DNA of 64,000 nt from Bryobacteraceae bacterium (GTDB lineage: Bacteria; Acidobacteriota; Terriglobia; Bryobacterales; Bryobacteraceae). Of this stretch, positions 26,026-32,940 are shown piece after piece. Below the pieces are notes generated by a model. It did no database searches. It was not told where the DNA came from and was given only the letters and a program-made list of their open reading frames with translations. The stretch spans positions 2,218 through 66,217 of the forward strand of contig JBJMGJ010000380.1 of assembly GCA_045807965.1 (NCBI GenBank), written 5' to 3'. Position numbers and translations under genes: made by a program. Positions within the stretch are counted from its first letter, which is position 1, and each line of letters begins with the position of its first letter.

Positions 26026-26136
26026 CTAACTCTGCCTGCGAAGCCGGTTGCCCACCAGGATCAGGATGATGCTGAGGGCAGCCAGGACGGACATCACGAT
26101 CGAGGTGTGCTGACGGGGAAGAGTAATGAACGACAT
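26026..26136 (-). CDS. membrane microprotein, 36 aa
   Basis: ATG 26136 behind AAGGAGA: MSFITLPRQHTSIVMSVLAALSIILILVGNRLRRQS. Confidence 0.4.
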   Translation of the reverse strand: MSFITLPRQHTSIVMSVLAALSIILILVGNRLRRQS

Positions 26137-26174
26137 CTTCTTAGTCTCCTTCGTTTGATGCGATTTGCGTGGAT

Positions 26175-26381
26175 TTACTTGTGGTTGTCGAAGGTCGTAT
26201 TCATCGTGCGAACCATCGGATGTAGCCAAGCGGGGGGCTGATTCAATTCTTCCTTATAAGTCCATCCTTTTTTCAACAGATCGACGATGCAAGCCCTGGA
26301 CAAACCAGTGACTCGATGAAGATGATCCACCTGTTTAGTTGTAATCGCAGGAATATCGGGATCAGGAGGTAGAACTGTCAC
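26175..26381 (-). CDS. small HTH-like protein, 68 aa
   Basis: GTG 26381 behind AGGAGAG. ITTKQVDHLHRVTGLSRACIVDLLKKG. The start could instead be the upstream GTG (L-V-P-A-Q). Confidence 0.4.
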   Translation of the reverse strand: MTVLPPDPDIPAITTKQVDHLHRVTGLSRACIVDLLKKGWTYKEELNQPPAWLHPMVRTMNTTFDNHK

Positions 26382-26448
26382 GGGAATCTCTCCTGTTTTT
26401 ATGAAATGCTCGAATGCCTTGTACTGGGCAGGCACAAGCAGCTCTCTT

Positions 26449-26595
26449 CTATCGGATATAAGAGTTACGTGTACGTGCAGCGACACGCCGAAAGTTTTCG
26501 GTGCTGAGGACGTCGTTGAGCTTGTTGGCGACAACAGGCATGATGATCGGCGAAGCGAAGACACCAATGGCGAAACCCATGGTGAACTTGAACAT
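26449..26595 (-). CDS. membrane microprotein, 48 aa
   Basis: ATG 26595: MFKFTMGFAIGVFASPIIMPVVANKLNDVL... Confidence 0.4.
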   Translation of the reverse strand: MFKFTMGFAIGVFASPIIMPVVANKLNDVLSTENFRRVAARTRNSYIR

Positions 26596-26625
26596 CTGAG
26601 ATATCCTTTCGAGAGAATATAGCTG

Positions 26626-26678
26626 GGGGGCACCATTTGGTCGTTTAAGCTTCGCAGTTCCCCTCTGCGAAAGCCCCC
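26626..26678 (-). repeat. structured intergenic element, copy C (core GGTCGTTTAAGCT)
   Basis: Outer stem gggggc/gccccc, inner ttcgcag-ttcccct-ctgcgaa. Followed on the minus strand by TATATT about 20 nt before ATG 26595. Confidence 0.5.
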
Positions 26679-26690
26679 ACTGGAATATGA

Positions 26691-26870
26691 TCAGCCCTTC
26701 GGACAACCGTAGATACGGTTGTGCTTCAGGACGCAGACGTTGGACCTGGGGTCTCCGTAGATCTTGCAGCCGAACAAGCAGTCGCTCATGCCCACTTCCC
26801 GGAACCGGCTGGCGACCTCGGGGTCTGGGTGTAGCGGTTCGCTCGGACCAGCGACGTAGGTGATCTGCAT
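26691..26870 (-). CDS. Cys-rich microprotein, 59 aa
   Basis: Hand translation MQITYVAGPSEPLHPDPEVASRFREVGMSDCLFGCKIYGDPRSNVCVLKHNRIYGCPKG. SD AAAGGAG. Confidence 0.45.
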   Translation of the reverse strand: MQITYVAGPSEPLHPDPEVASRFREVGMSDCLFGCKIYGDPRSNVCVLKHNRIYGCPKG

Positions 26871-26898
26871 GGTGCTCCTTTCTTTTGAAGATATAAAG

Positions 26899-26971
26899 TT
26901 GAGGGGCGCCGAATTTGGTTCTATTGGCGGTGGTCGTTTAAGCTACGCCGACTACAGCGCAGCCCCCTCAA
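26899..26971 (-). repeat. structured intergenic element, copy B (core GGTCGTTTAAGCT)
   Basis: Perfect 8-bp outer stem ttgagggg (26899..26906) / cccctcaa (26964..26971), inner ggcg/cgcc around the core. Followed on the minus strand by TATATC about 19 nt before ATG 26870. Confidence 0.5.
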
Positions 26972-27005
26972 ATATCATGACAGCAGCCCTAGGATTCCGC
27001 GGAGG

Positions 27006-27845
27006 TCAGTGAGTTCCGCCGAATCCCTTGTGGTAGTCCTTGATGATTCCCGGGCGATTGTAATACTCCATGACGAAGCAGGGCTTGGTTCCGCCGTCGG
27101 CCACCGTTGTCGTGAAGTTCAGCTCCATCGGACTTTCGATCGTCCAGCCTACTTCACTGGAGAACTGAGTACGTGCCAGTCCGATCTCGTCGTAGAAATC
27201 GGACAGACTCACGTACATGTCGTCGATCATCCGATGGTTCAACCGAGCTTCCGCCATCTTGACCAGATGCATCTTGCTCCGGAAGTACCGGCCGGTCCAG
27301 GCTTCCAGGAACAGCACCTCATCCTCACCCGCCAGGACCTGAATATCGTCCGATGGCGGATTGTTGTGGAATCGATCCTGATTCAGCTCGTCCCGAATCT
27401 CTTGTTCCTTCTTGATCCCGAGCTTCTCGGTCACCTTGTCGCGATACTCGTCGAACTGCTTCTCGCTGACCTTGTACGCGGCAGCCAGTCCAGCGAGCCG
27501 AGTAGCACTGATGCTGTTCGCGGTCAGGATGCAGCCTACGGTTCCGACCAGCATGAGCGCTGGCGGAATATACTCCTTCCAGACCAACTTGATCTTCTCT
27601 TTGGTCTCGAGCGGATGCCCCTTCTCCATGAAGTCCTGGTTGGTCTGCTCCGCGGCGATGATCGTCGCGGCCTTGAAGGTGGCCTTACCGGTCAGATAGG
27701 CGGTCATCGCAGCGCCGGTCACGGCGAACGCCGAGATGATCGTCGGTGAATTGTCGATGGCGTACTTTTCCGCCACCTTGAGTAAGCTACGAAGCGTCAC
27801 GATGTAAATCCTCTTCCTGATAATCGTAAAGCGGGGTTTCGACAT
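27006..27845 (-). CDS. two-TM protein, paralog family member 2, up to 279 aa
   Basis: LAGLAAAYKVSEKQFDEYRDKV and YVSLSDFYDEIGLARTQFSSEVGW align with 22534..23448. The real start may be GTG 27800. Confidence 0.6.
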   Translation of the reverse strand: MSKPRFTIIRKRIYIVTLRSLLKVAEKYAIDNSPTIISAFAVTGAAMTAYLTGKATFKAATIIAAEQTNQDFMEKGHPLETKEKIKLVWKEYIPPALMLVGTVGCILTANSISATRLAGLAAAYKVSEKQFDEYRDKVTEKLGIKKEQEIRDELNQDRFHNNPPSDDIQVLAGEDEVLFLEAWTGRYFRSKMHLVKMAEARLNHRMIDDMYVSLSDFYDEIGLARTQFSSEVGWTIESPMELNFTTTVADGGTKPCFVMEYYNRPGIIKDYHKGFGGTH

Positions 27846-28107
27846 TCACATCGAGAATATCAGTGTCCACACGGCTGTGGATATACTCGACCGGTTGCTC
27901 GGGTTCAGCCGTCCGTAGGTTTCCGGACAGCCACTGTGTTCTGATGCTGTCCCATTCTGCATCGAGACGACGCTTCCGGCGACGCTTGTACTTGAATGCA
28001 TTCGCCCAGAGCGAAAACAGGTAGTACGCCACTCCCATCATGCCGACCAGGGAGATATAGCCGACGACCATGGCGGTCGTATTGAGATCCGCCAATATCT
28101 GGCTCAT
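27787..28107 (-). CDS. membrane protein, 106 aa
   Basis: TM segment AMVVGYISLVGMMGVAYYLFSLW followed by KYKRRRKRR. Confidence 0.55.
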   Translation of the reverse strand: MSQILADLNTTAMVVGYISLVGMMGVAYYLFSLWANAFKYKRRRKRRLDAEWDSIRTQWLSGNLRTAEPEQPVEYIHSRVDTDILDVNVETPLYDYQEEDLHRDAS

Positions 28108-28122
28108 AACAGCCCCTTGGGG

Positions 28123-28323
28123 TCAGTGTGGTGGTAACAGCGAGATACCGATCATGTTCGGGATGTCACGCAGCCGGAACCGGTTGTCGTGGTAACGCTG
28201 ACTGACCCGGTCAACGGCCTGCTTGGGCGTCCGACCGTAGGCGACGAACTTCTTGTACCTCGCCTGGTAAGCGATCGGGTGCTTCTTGCTCGGCAGTGGT
28301 GTCACCTGAACGGTGCGGAACAT
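28123..28323 (-). CDS. basic protein, 66 aa
   Basis: Leader CACTATGAGAGGACCCCACC-ATG. Confidence 0.55.
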   Translation of the reverse strand: MFRTVQVTPLPSKKHPIAYQARYKKFVAYGRTPKQAVDRVSQRYHDNRFRLRDIPNMIGISLLPPH

Positions 28324-28365
28324 GGTGGGGTCCTCTCATAGTGGTGGAGCAGGGTAAGGACGTGT

Positions 28366-28692
28366 TCAGATCTTGTCGTACATGACGCCGTCGGGGTTGA
28401 GCGTCAGGATGAAGACGCCCGGCTCCTCCTCGACCTCGGTGATGTTGAAGTCGACGAACCCGGCGCCCTCGCCGTCTCGAAGCCAGCCGACCAACTGTCC
28501 CTGAGGAGTTCGGTCGAAGCCGAGCATGTCCTGGACGTCGTTCAGGAACAGATATCCGTACGCTCGCAGCACGTCGTTGCAGTAGTTCTGCTGGCACTGC
28601 AGGAACAGCCGGTTGGCATCCCGTTGAGGCGACCAGTGCTTGTTGGCCTGGTCGAAACGCCGGGAGTACTGGTTATTGACGGTCTCGGTCAT
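28366..28692 (-). CDS. stand-alone C-terminal domain of the paralog family, 108 aa
   Basis: VLRAYGYLFLNDVQDMLGFDRTPQGQLVGW, compared with RLRAYGYLLLNDVYDSLGMERTKEGCVVGW in 22534..23448. Confidence 0.65.
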   Translation of the reverse strand: MTETVNNQYSRRFDQANKHWSPQRDANRLFLQCQQNYCNDVLRAYGYLFLNDVQDMLGFDRTPQGQLVGWLRDGEGAGFVDFNITEVEEEPGVFILTLNPDGVMYDKI

Positions 28693-28715
28693 GGTGGGGT
28701 CCTCTCATAGTGGCG

Positions 28716-28746
28716 GGAAAGACTTGACACCTTGTAGGGTGTCAGG
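28716..28746 (-). terminator. putative terminator (hairpin family loop)
   Basis: tgacacc-ttgtag-ggtgtca. The U-tract is weak. Confidence 0.5.
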
Positions 28747-28870
28747 GATAAAGAGAAGAGGCTCTAGCCCAACGAAAGCTAGATTTAGCAGTCTGTCTTG
28801 TGACTGCACGCCGGGTAGGGGTTTCACCTACACATTCGTGTCTCGGCAACTCTTTCGAGTTCTCTTCTCA

Positions 28871-29110
28871 TCATGAGCCATGTATTTCTTGCGAATCACC
28901 GATCGGTTCCTGGAGGTCCTTTAAAAACTCCGGAAATTGATCAGGACGATGCAGGAAGCCTGTAGTGGAACAAGTTGGGCAACCGATCAATGTACCGGGA
29001 ACGCCGCCATCGACCATTCGATCGCCATGGCGAGGCATCCGCCGGAACGAGATGATCGGCGGCCAGTAGCCCTTGTGGAACTCGAGATGGAGAATATAAC
29101 GTTTGATCAT
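28871..29110 (-). CDS. hypothetical protein, 79 aa
   Basis: Track ORF. CPTC motif. Confidence 0.5.
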   Translation of the reverse strand: MIKRYILHLEFHKGYWPPIISFRRMPRHGDRMVDGGVPGTLIGCPTCSTTGFLHRPDQFPEFLKDLQEPIGDSQEIHGS

Positions 29111-29868
29111 GTTGATTCCTTAAGTTCTACTCGAGGAGAATCGTCTGTCCATTCCATTCTCGCATAACGATGAGGCATGGGATGTTCGTACGGCAGATTC
29201 AACCACCGTCTCAACGTCCCCGAATATCCGATGGGCTCGATGCAATGCCAGTGATCGTATCCACCAGAATTCCGTGGTGGTACTTTCTGGCAGGTGAACG
29301 GCTTCTTCTGATGTACCGCAGCATGCAGACCCTTGTAGTACAGCCATCGACGCAACCCGAACCAATCGGATTTGATCCAGCTGTCCCAGATGAACCACTT
29401 GCGGAACAGTGTCAACTCACCGGAATATGCGCCAATGCCGCTATCGTGAATATAGCCGTCTTCACTTAGCCAGCCGACCCGAAGCGTATGGCCGTCGTCC
29501 TGCCAGTCGAAGGTACGCCATTCCTCGCCTCGCTTCACACCGTCCCAGGCGGTCATGCCGTGCGTGGTGATAAACGGCTTTCCGCTTGGCTTCTCAATGC
29601 TGAGTACGTGCCGATTCTCGCCTCGTTCAGGTCCGAACCGAAGATATAGATCCGGCGCATGCGGAGGATTCCAGTTTCCACCGAAATTACGGCCAGTAAG
29701 CGCCATCAACTTGTGTGGCCAGTCTCGACCGTTGATACCACCCAACAACGCTTGTACCCGCCGGGTACGATCGTACTTACCAGCTTTACGATCCCATTGC
29801 CGAAGCTGACCTAGAATATAACTCCGAATCGGACGCTTTTTGCGCTCGGCCACAGCCCAGTTGGTCAT
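29107..29868 (-). CDS. Trp-rich hypothetical protein, 253 aa
   Basis: ATG 29868 (MTNWAVAE) behind GGAGGA. Confidence 0.6.
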   Translation of the reverse strand: MTNWAVAERKKRPIRSYILGQLRQWDRKAGKYDRTRRVQALLGGINGRDWPHKLMALTGRNFGGNWNPPHAPDLYLRFGPERGENRHVLSIEKPSGKPFITTHGMTAWDGVKRGEEWRTFDWQDDGHTLRVGWLSEDGYIHDSGIGAYSGELTLFRKWFIWDSWIKSDWFGLRRWLYYKGLHAAVHQKKPFTCQKVPPRNSGGYDHWHCIEPIGYSGTLRRWLNLPYEHPMPHRYARMEWTDDSPRVELKEST

Positions 29869-29870
29869 AG

Positions 29871-30059
29871 TTATCGTAATCCTCCAGGAATGCGGACAAT
29901 ACCGTACACCCAATCGGGCTTGCTGGGAGTTGGGCTGTTGCTGAACCGCATCACCCATTCTTCGGCTATCTTCTTGTCCGAATAACCGACAGGCATGACC
30001 GTGGGTCCATCCCCGTTTTGCGTATCGAGGGTAATATAGAATTCGTCGTTCTCGTTCAC
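29871..30059 (-). CDS. hypothetical protein, 62 aa
   Basis: GTGA overlap with the upstream stop. Confidence 0.5.
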   Translation of the reverse strand: MNENDEFYITLDTQNGDGPTVMPVGYSDKKIAEEWVMRFSNSPTPSKPDWVYGIVRIPGGLR

Positions 30060-30454
30060 GTATTCTTACCTTTCTGAATAGTCAGGAAATTGATCAACAG
30101 ATGAATCGTGTTGTCCACAATGATCATCAGCCAGACGGACAACCACCACGGTACATCTGTCGGATAACCGGTGTCCTTACAGTTTCGCCAAGGTTCTCGT
30201 ATTCGAGCCGGACCGATTTGATTCTTGGCCCAGGATATGTGCTTGGCCAACCGATATCGATCGATCACGGCATGTGTACCGCCGATGATCAACAATCGCC
30301 AGGGCGATCGAGTCACCAGAACATGACTCGCGCCATAGATAGTGCCGTGCGTGGCTGCCACTGACCAACGTTGGGTTTTTTCCTGACTCATCCAGTGCGG
30401 CTGGAGCAGGTAGTCACCGATCAGATGTGCCAGCAGGAATCGAATTGCGATCAT
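30056..30454 (-). CDS. integral membrane protein, DUF3307-like, 132 aa
   Basis: N-terminal FLLAHLIGDYLLQPHWM, which I recall as the DUF3307 signature. Several hydrophobic segments. Confidence 0.55.
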   Translation of the reverse strand: MIAIRFLLAHLIGDYLLQPHWMSQEKTQRWSVAATHGTIYGASHVLVTRSPWRLLIIGGTHAVIDRYRLAKHISWAKNQIGPARIREPWRNCKDTGYPTDVPWWLSVWLMIIVDNTIHLLINFLTIQKGKNT

Positions 30455-30687
30455 GCTTTCCCCTGATCAGATAAATATAGCGTGATCATGACGCCGAGTT
30501 GGACACTAGCGCCCGGGTGTCCGATCACTTCGGGATTCAACTGACGAATCAAACGCTCGATCCGAATCACCCGAGCATGAAACTCTGGATCATTCAAATA
30601 TAGAGAGACTGCTGCCTGATAAACTTCCATCGCATCGTCAGGTAGCTCGTAGAATCTGGGATTCTGTGGCCTTTCCGGAAGTACCAT
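30451..30687 (-). CDS. hypothetical protein, 78 aa
   Basis: ATG 30687 (MVLPERP) behind AAGGGTAAGGA. Confidence 0.5.
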   Translation of the reverse strand: MVLPERPQNPRFYELPDDAMEVYQAAVSLYLNDPEFHARVIRIERLIRQLNPEVIGHPGASVQLGVMITLYLSDQGKA

Positions 30688-30692
30688 TGTCC

Positions 30693-30800
30693 TTACCCTT
30701 TCCAACCATTGAGCACGACAACAGTCAGCAATATCATTGCGATGAACCAGATAATGAGAACCGGAGTACCGATTCGTTCCAAGAGGTGCGGTCTGTCCAT
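30693..30800 (-). CDS. membrane microprotein, 35 aa
   Basis: Hand translation MDRPHLLERIGTPVLIIWFIAMILLTVVVLNGWKG. Confidence 0.4.
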   Translation of the reverse strand: MDRPHLLERIGTPVLIIWFIAMILLTVVVLNGWKG

Positions 30801-30827
30801 GAGGGGTCCTCTTCGAATGGGAAAAAC

Positions 30828-30859
30828 GAAAACCTAGAATCCGTGTTAGGGATTCTAGG
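30828..30859 (-). terminator. intrinsic terminator (hairpin family)
   Basis: aaaa + cctagaatcc-gtgttag-ggattctagg (10 bp). Confidence 0.75.
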
Positions 30860-30866
30860 CCTGAAG

Positions 30867-31127
30867 TCAGTTCTTCTTCTCGGGCTCGGGCTTGGGCTCG
30901 GTGGCCTCCGCCTTCAGCTCCTCGACGGCTTCCTTGCTGCGGTGGAACAGGGAGACGACGCGGGGCTTCAGGTAGTTGAACGCGACGAATCCGCCGATGA
31001 CAACAGCCGCGGTTGCGGTGCTGACCAGGGCGGTCGAGGCGAGCTCCTTCCCGAAGCCATTGGCTTCGTCCTCCAGAACCTCCGCGTCGGAAACGACGAG
31101 GTCGGTGGTGGTGGTTGCGGTGTCCAT
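30867..31127 (-). CDS. cassette gene: single-pass membrane protein, 86 aa
   Basis: TM segment LVSTATAAVVIGGFVAFNYL. Has its own box and terminator. Confidence 0.6.
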   Translation of the reverse strand: MDTATTTTDLVVSDAEVLEDEANGFGKELASTALVSTATAAVVIGGFVAFNYLKPRVVSLFHRSKEAVEELKAEATEPKPEPEKKN

Positions 31128-31182
31128 AGTGGGCTCCTAGATAGAGGGGTCTTCTTCATTATGTGCCTTGTAAATTTTGCGA
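31128..31182 (-). promoter_or_regulatory. conserved promoter-like box + leader (copy 7)
   Basis: Minus strand TCGCAAAATTTACAAGGCACATAATGAAGAAGACCCCTCTATCTAGGAGCCCACT-ATG. Confidence 0.5.
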
Positions 31183-31398
31183 ATCTAAGACGTTGTTCCT
31201 TCCTCGTTGACGGAGAATAACAGCACATCCCGGACAGAACTCAATATGCACGTTCGATGGCAGATTATCAAAGTTAGCCACATGCATAGGCATACAAATG
31301 GCTACATCAGTACCATCGACAACCAAATGTTTAAGCACTGTGGGAATAAGACTTTGTGTGGGAAGGCCATCACGCAATGGAATGTATTTGTCAATCAT
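31159..31398 (-). CDS. cassette-region gene: soluble Cys-containing protein, 79 aa
   Basis: SD AAGGAGCG. Its 3' end runs through box 7. It has no box of its own. Confidence 0.5.
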   Translation of the reverse strand: MIDKYIPLRDGLPTQSLIPTVLKHLVVDGTDVAICMPMHVANFDNLPSNVHIEFCPGCAVILRQRGRNNVLDSQNLQGT

Positions 31399-31413
31399 AA
31401 TCGCTCCTTAGCT

Positions 31414-31440
31414 AAAACCAGAATCCTTGTGGGATCCTGG
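31414..31440 (-). terminator. intrinsic terminator (hairpin family)
   Basis: aaaa + ccagaatcc-ttgtg-ggatcctgg. The mismatch is a G-U pair on the minus strand only. Confidence 0.7.
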
Positions 31441-31450
31441 TCGTTGAGGG

Positions 31451-31642
31451 TTACTCCTCGTCGGAGGGGGTGTAGAACTCTTCGTAGAGGTCGTGCTCCT
31501 TGAGGAAGTCGTCGTGAGCCTTCAGCGCACTCTTGTTCAGCGCCAGGCCAAGGGCGGCGGTGGCGGTGACGGCAAGTGCGGTCTTGTGCTTGATGACGAA
31601 CTTCTTCGTGGAGGAGGCGGCCTTCTGGACGATGCGGTTCAT
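31451..31642 (-). CDS. cassette gene: membrane protein, 63 aa
   Basis: ATG 31642 (MNRIVQ). TM segment ALAVTATAALGLAL. Confidence 0.55.
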   Translation of the reverse strand: MNRIVQKAASSTKKFVIKHKTALAVTATAALGLALNKSALKAHDDFLKEHDLYEEFYTPSDEE

Positions 31643-31695
31643 GGTGGCTCCTTGGTTGAGGGTCTTCTTCATTAGAAGCCATGTTGATCTTGCGA
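31643..31695 (-). promoter_or_regulatory. conserved promoter-like box + leader (copy 8)
   Basis: Minus strand TCGCAAGATCAACATGGCTTCTAATGAAGAAGACCCTCAACCAAGGAGCCACC-ATG. Confidence 0.5.
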
Positions 31696-31696
31696 G

Positions 31697-31723
31697 AAAA
31701 CCAGAATCCTTGTGGGATCCTGG
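31697..31723 (-). terminator. intrinsic terminator (hairpin family)
   Basis: aaaa + ccagaatcc-ttgtg-ggatcctgg. Confidence 0.7.
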
Positions 31724-31731
31724 TTGTTGAA

Positions 31732-31899
31732 TCAGAACTTCTTGTGGGACTTGCGGAACTCGTCGACCTTCATCCAGATCAGTCCGATCCCGGCGAGGAG
31801 ACCGAGCGCGGCGACGTTCACGGCGAGTGCCTGAGCGTAGCCCTTTGCGGTCTCGACGGCGATGATCTTGCTGATCTCGGTAACGTCAGAGCGGTCCAT
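31732..31899 (-). CDS. cassette gene: membrane protein, 55 aa
   Basis: ATG 31899 (MDRSDV). TM segment LAVNVAALGLLAGIGLIWM. Confidence 0.55.
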   Translation of the reverse strand: MDRSDVTEISKIIAVETAKGYAQALAVNVAALGLLAGIGLIWMKVDEFRKSHKKF

Positions 31900-31954
31900 G
31901 GTGGGTCCTTTCAAAGAGGGGTCTTCTTCGTTATAGGACGTGTTGATCTTGCGA
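31900..31954 (-). promoter_or_regulatory. conserved promoter-like box + leader (copy 9)
   Basis: Minus strand TCGCAAGATCAACACGTCCTATAACGAAGAAGACCCCTCTTTGAAAGGACCCACC-ATG. Confidence 0.5.
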
Positions 31955-31993
31955 GAGATTTCTAGAAATTCCCCCCGGGGTTTTTCTGGGGTG

Positions 31994-32020
31994 AAAAAAC
32001 CTAAAGCCCTTGTGGGGCTT
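31994..32020 (-). terminator. intrinsic terminator (hairpin family loop)
   Basis: aaaaaa + aagccc-ttgtg-gggctt. Confidence 0.6.
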
Positions 32021-32039
32021 GTCGGTTTGGAACTCTTAC

Positions 32040-32267
32040 TCAGAGCTTGGCACGAGCGGCGACGATGGCGATCTGCGAAGCGGTGTCGATCAACTTCTTG
32101 GCGGCGTAGGCGAGCACGGCTAGTTTGGCAACCGTCTGCGAGGTCTCCTGGGCGATCTTTCCGATCTTGTCCCAGTCGACGTCTGCGGTGACGGTCTCAG
32201 TAGTGGCGTCCTTACCAGCCTTGGGCTGCTTGACGAGCTGCACAGAAACGGCGCGATTGCCGAACAT
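32040..32267 (-). CDS. cassette gene: amphipathic or membrane-associated protein, 75 aa
   Basis: ATG 32267 (MFGNRAV). C-terminal VAKLAVLAYAAKKLIDTASQIAIVAA. Confidence 0.55.
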   Translation of the reverse strand: MFGNRAVSVQLVKQPKAGKDATTETVTADVDWDKIGKIAQETSQTVAKLAVLAYAAKKLIDTASQIAIVAARAKL

Positions 32268-32317
32268 GGCGATAGTCCTTTCATAGGGGTTCATTATGAC
32301 CCATGTATACTCTGCGA
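32268..32317 (-). promoter_or_regulatory. conserved promoter-like box + leader (copy 10)
   Basis: Minus strand TCGCAGAGTATACATGGGTCATAATGAACCCCTATGAAAGGACTATCGCC-ATG. Confidence 0.5.
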
Positions 32318-32334
32318 ACGCCCCTATTTTGACG

Positions 32335-32362
32335 AAAACTAGAATCCTTGTGGGGATCCTAG
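32335..32362 (-). terminator. intrinsic terminator (hairpin family)
   Basis: aaaa + ctagaatcc-ttgtgg-ggatcctag. Confidence 0.7.
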
Positions 32363-32372
32363 CTTTGAGGTG

Positions 32373-32546
32373 TTACTCTTCTGTTTCGGTCTCGTCGTTG
32401 GTCTTGTTGATGTAGTACCACCCGGCAGCAGCGCCAGTTGCAGCGAGGAGCGTGTAGCCGAAGATCTTTTGGATCTTCTCTTTCGTCTCCCAGTGCAACT
32501 TGACTTCGTACGTGCCGAGGCCATTCTTCATCACGTTGAACTTCAT
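32373..32546 (-). CDS. cassette gene: membrane protein, 57 aa
   Basis: ATG 32546 (MKFNVMK). TM segment FGYTLLAATGAAAGWYYI. Confidence 0.55.
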   Translation of the reverse strand: MKFNVMKNGLGTYEVKLHWETKEKIQKIFGYTLLAATGAAAGWYYINKTNDETETEE

Positions 32547-32602
32547 GACAGGGTCCTTTCGAAGAGGGGTTCTTCTCATCATGACCCGTGTGAAACATGC
32601 GA
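32547..32602 (-). promoter_or_regulatory. conserved promoter-like box + leader (copy 11)
   Basis: Minus strand TCGCATGTTTCACACGGGTCATGATGAGAAGAACCCCTCTTCGAAAGGACCCTGTC-ATG. Confidence 0.5.
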
Positions 32603-32631
32603 AGAACTAGAGCCCTTGTTAGGGGCTCTAG
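32601..32631 (-). terminator. intrinsic terminator (hairpin family)
   Basis: ctagagccc-ttgttag-gggctctag. The U-tract is interrupted. Confidence 0.6.
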
Positions 32632-32635
32632 TCGC

Positions 32636-32830
32636 TCAGTGATTGAACGCTTCTTGGAGCAGGGCCTTGGCTCGGGTGAATTCCTCGTCGGTGAATCGGG
32701 GCTGCTGCACGGCCGGACAACGCTTGCGGTTTCGCCTGCTCTCGATCGATTGAGTGATCTCGAGCGACTTGACGGCGGCGGTCGGGCCTGCAACTGCCCA
32801 GATGGCGATTGCGAGGAGGTTCTTCTTCAT
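32636..32830 (-). CDS. cassette gene: signal-peptide or TM protein, 64 aa
   Basis: MKKNLLAIAIWAVAGPTAAV at the N-terminus. Confidence 0.6.
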   Translation of the reverse strand: MKKNLLAIAIWAVAGPTAAVKSLEITQSIESRRNRKRCPAVQQPRFTDEEFTRAKALLQEAFNH

Positions 32831-32886
32831 CAGGGGGTCCTTTCAAAGAGGGGTCTTCTTCGTTATGTGCCATGTGATCTTTGCGA
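32831..32886 (-). promoter_or_regulatory. conserved promoter-like box + leader (copy 12)
   Basis: Minus strand TCGCAAAGATCACATGGCACATAACGAAGAAGACCCCTCTTTGAAAGGACCCCCTG-ATG. Confidence 0.5.
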
Positions 32887-32913
32887 AAAACCATAACCCT
32901 TGTGAGGTTATGG
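32886..32913 (-). terminator. intrinsic terminator (hairpin family)
   Basis: aaaaa + ccataacc-cttgtga-ggttatgg. Confidence 0.75.
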
Positions 32914-32940
32914 TCTTGATCGAACTGATGGATCGGACCG

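Noticed and set aside
31971-31990. ccccccgggg + ttttt as a plus-strand terminator
   Set aside because: There is no plus-strand gene to terminate. It lies between a minus-strand box and a family terminator, so it is probably incidental or part of a bidirectional stop.
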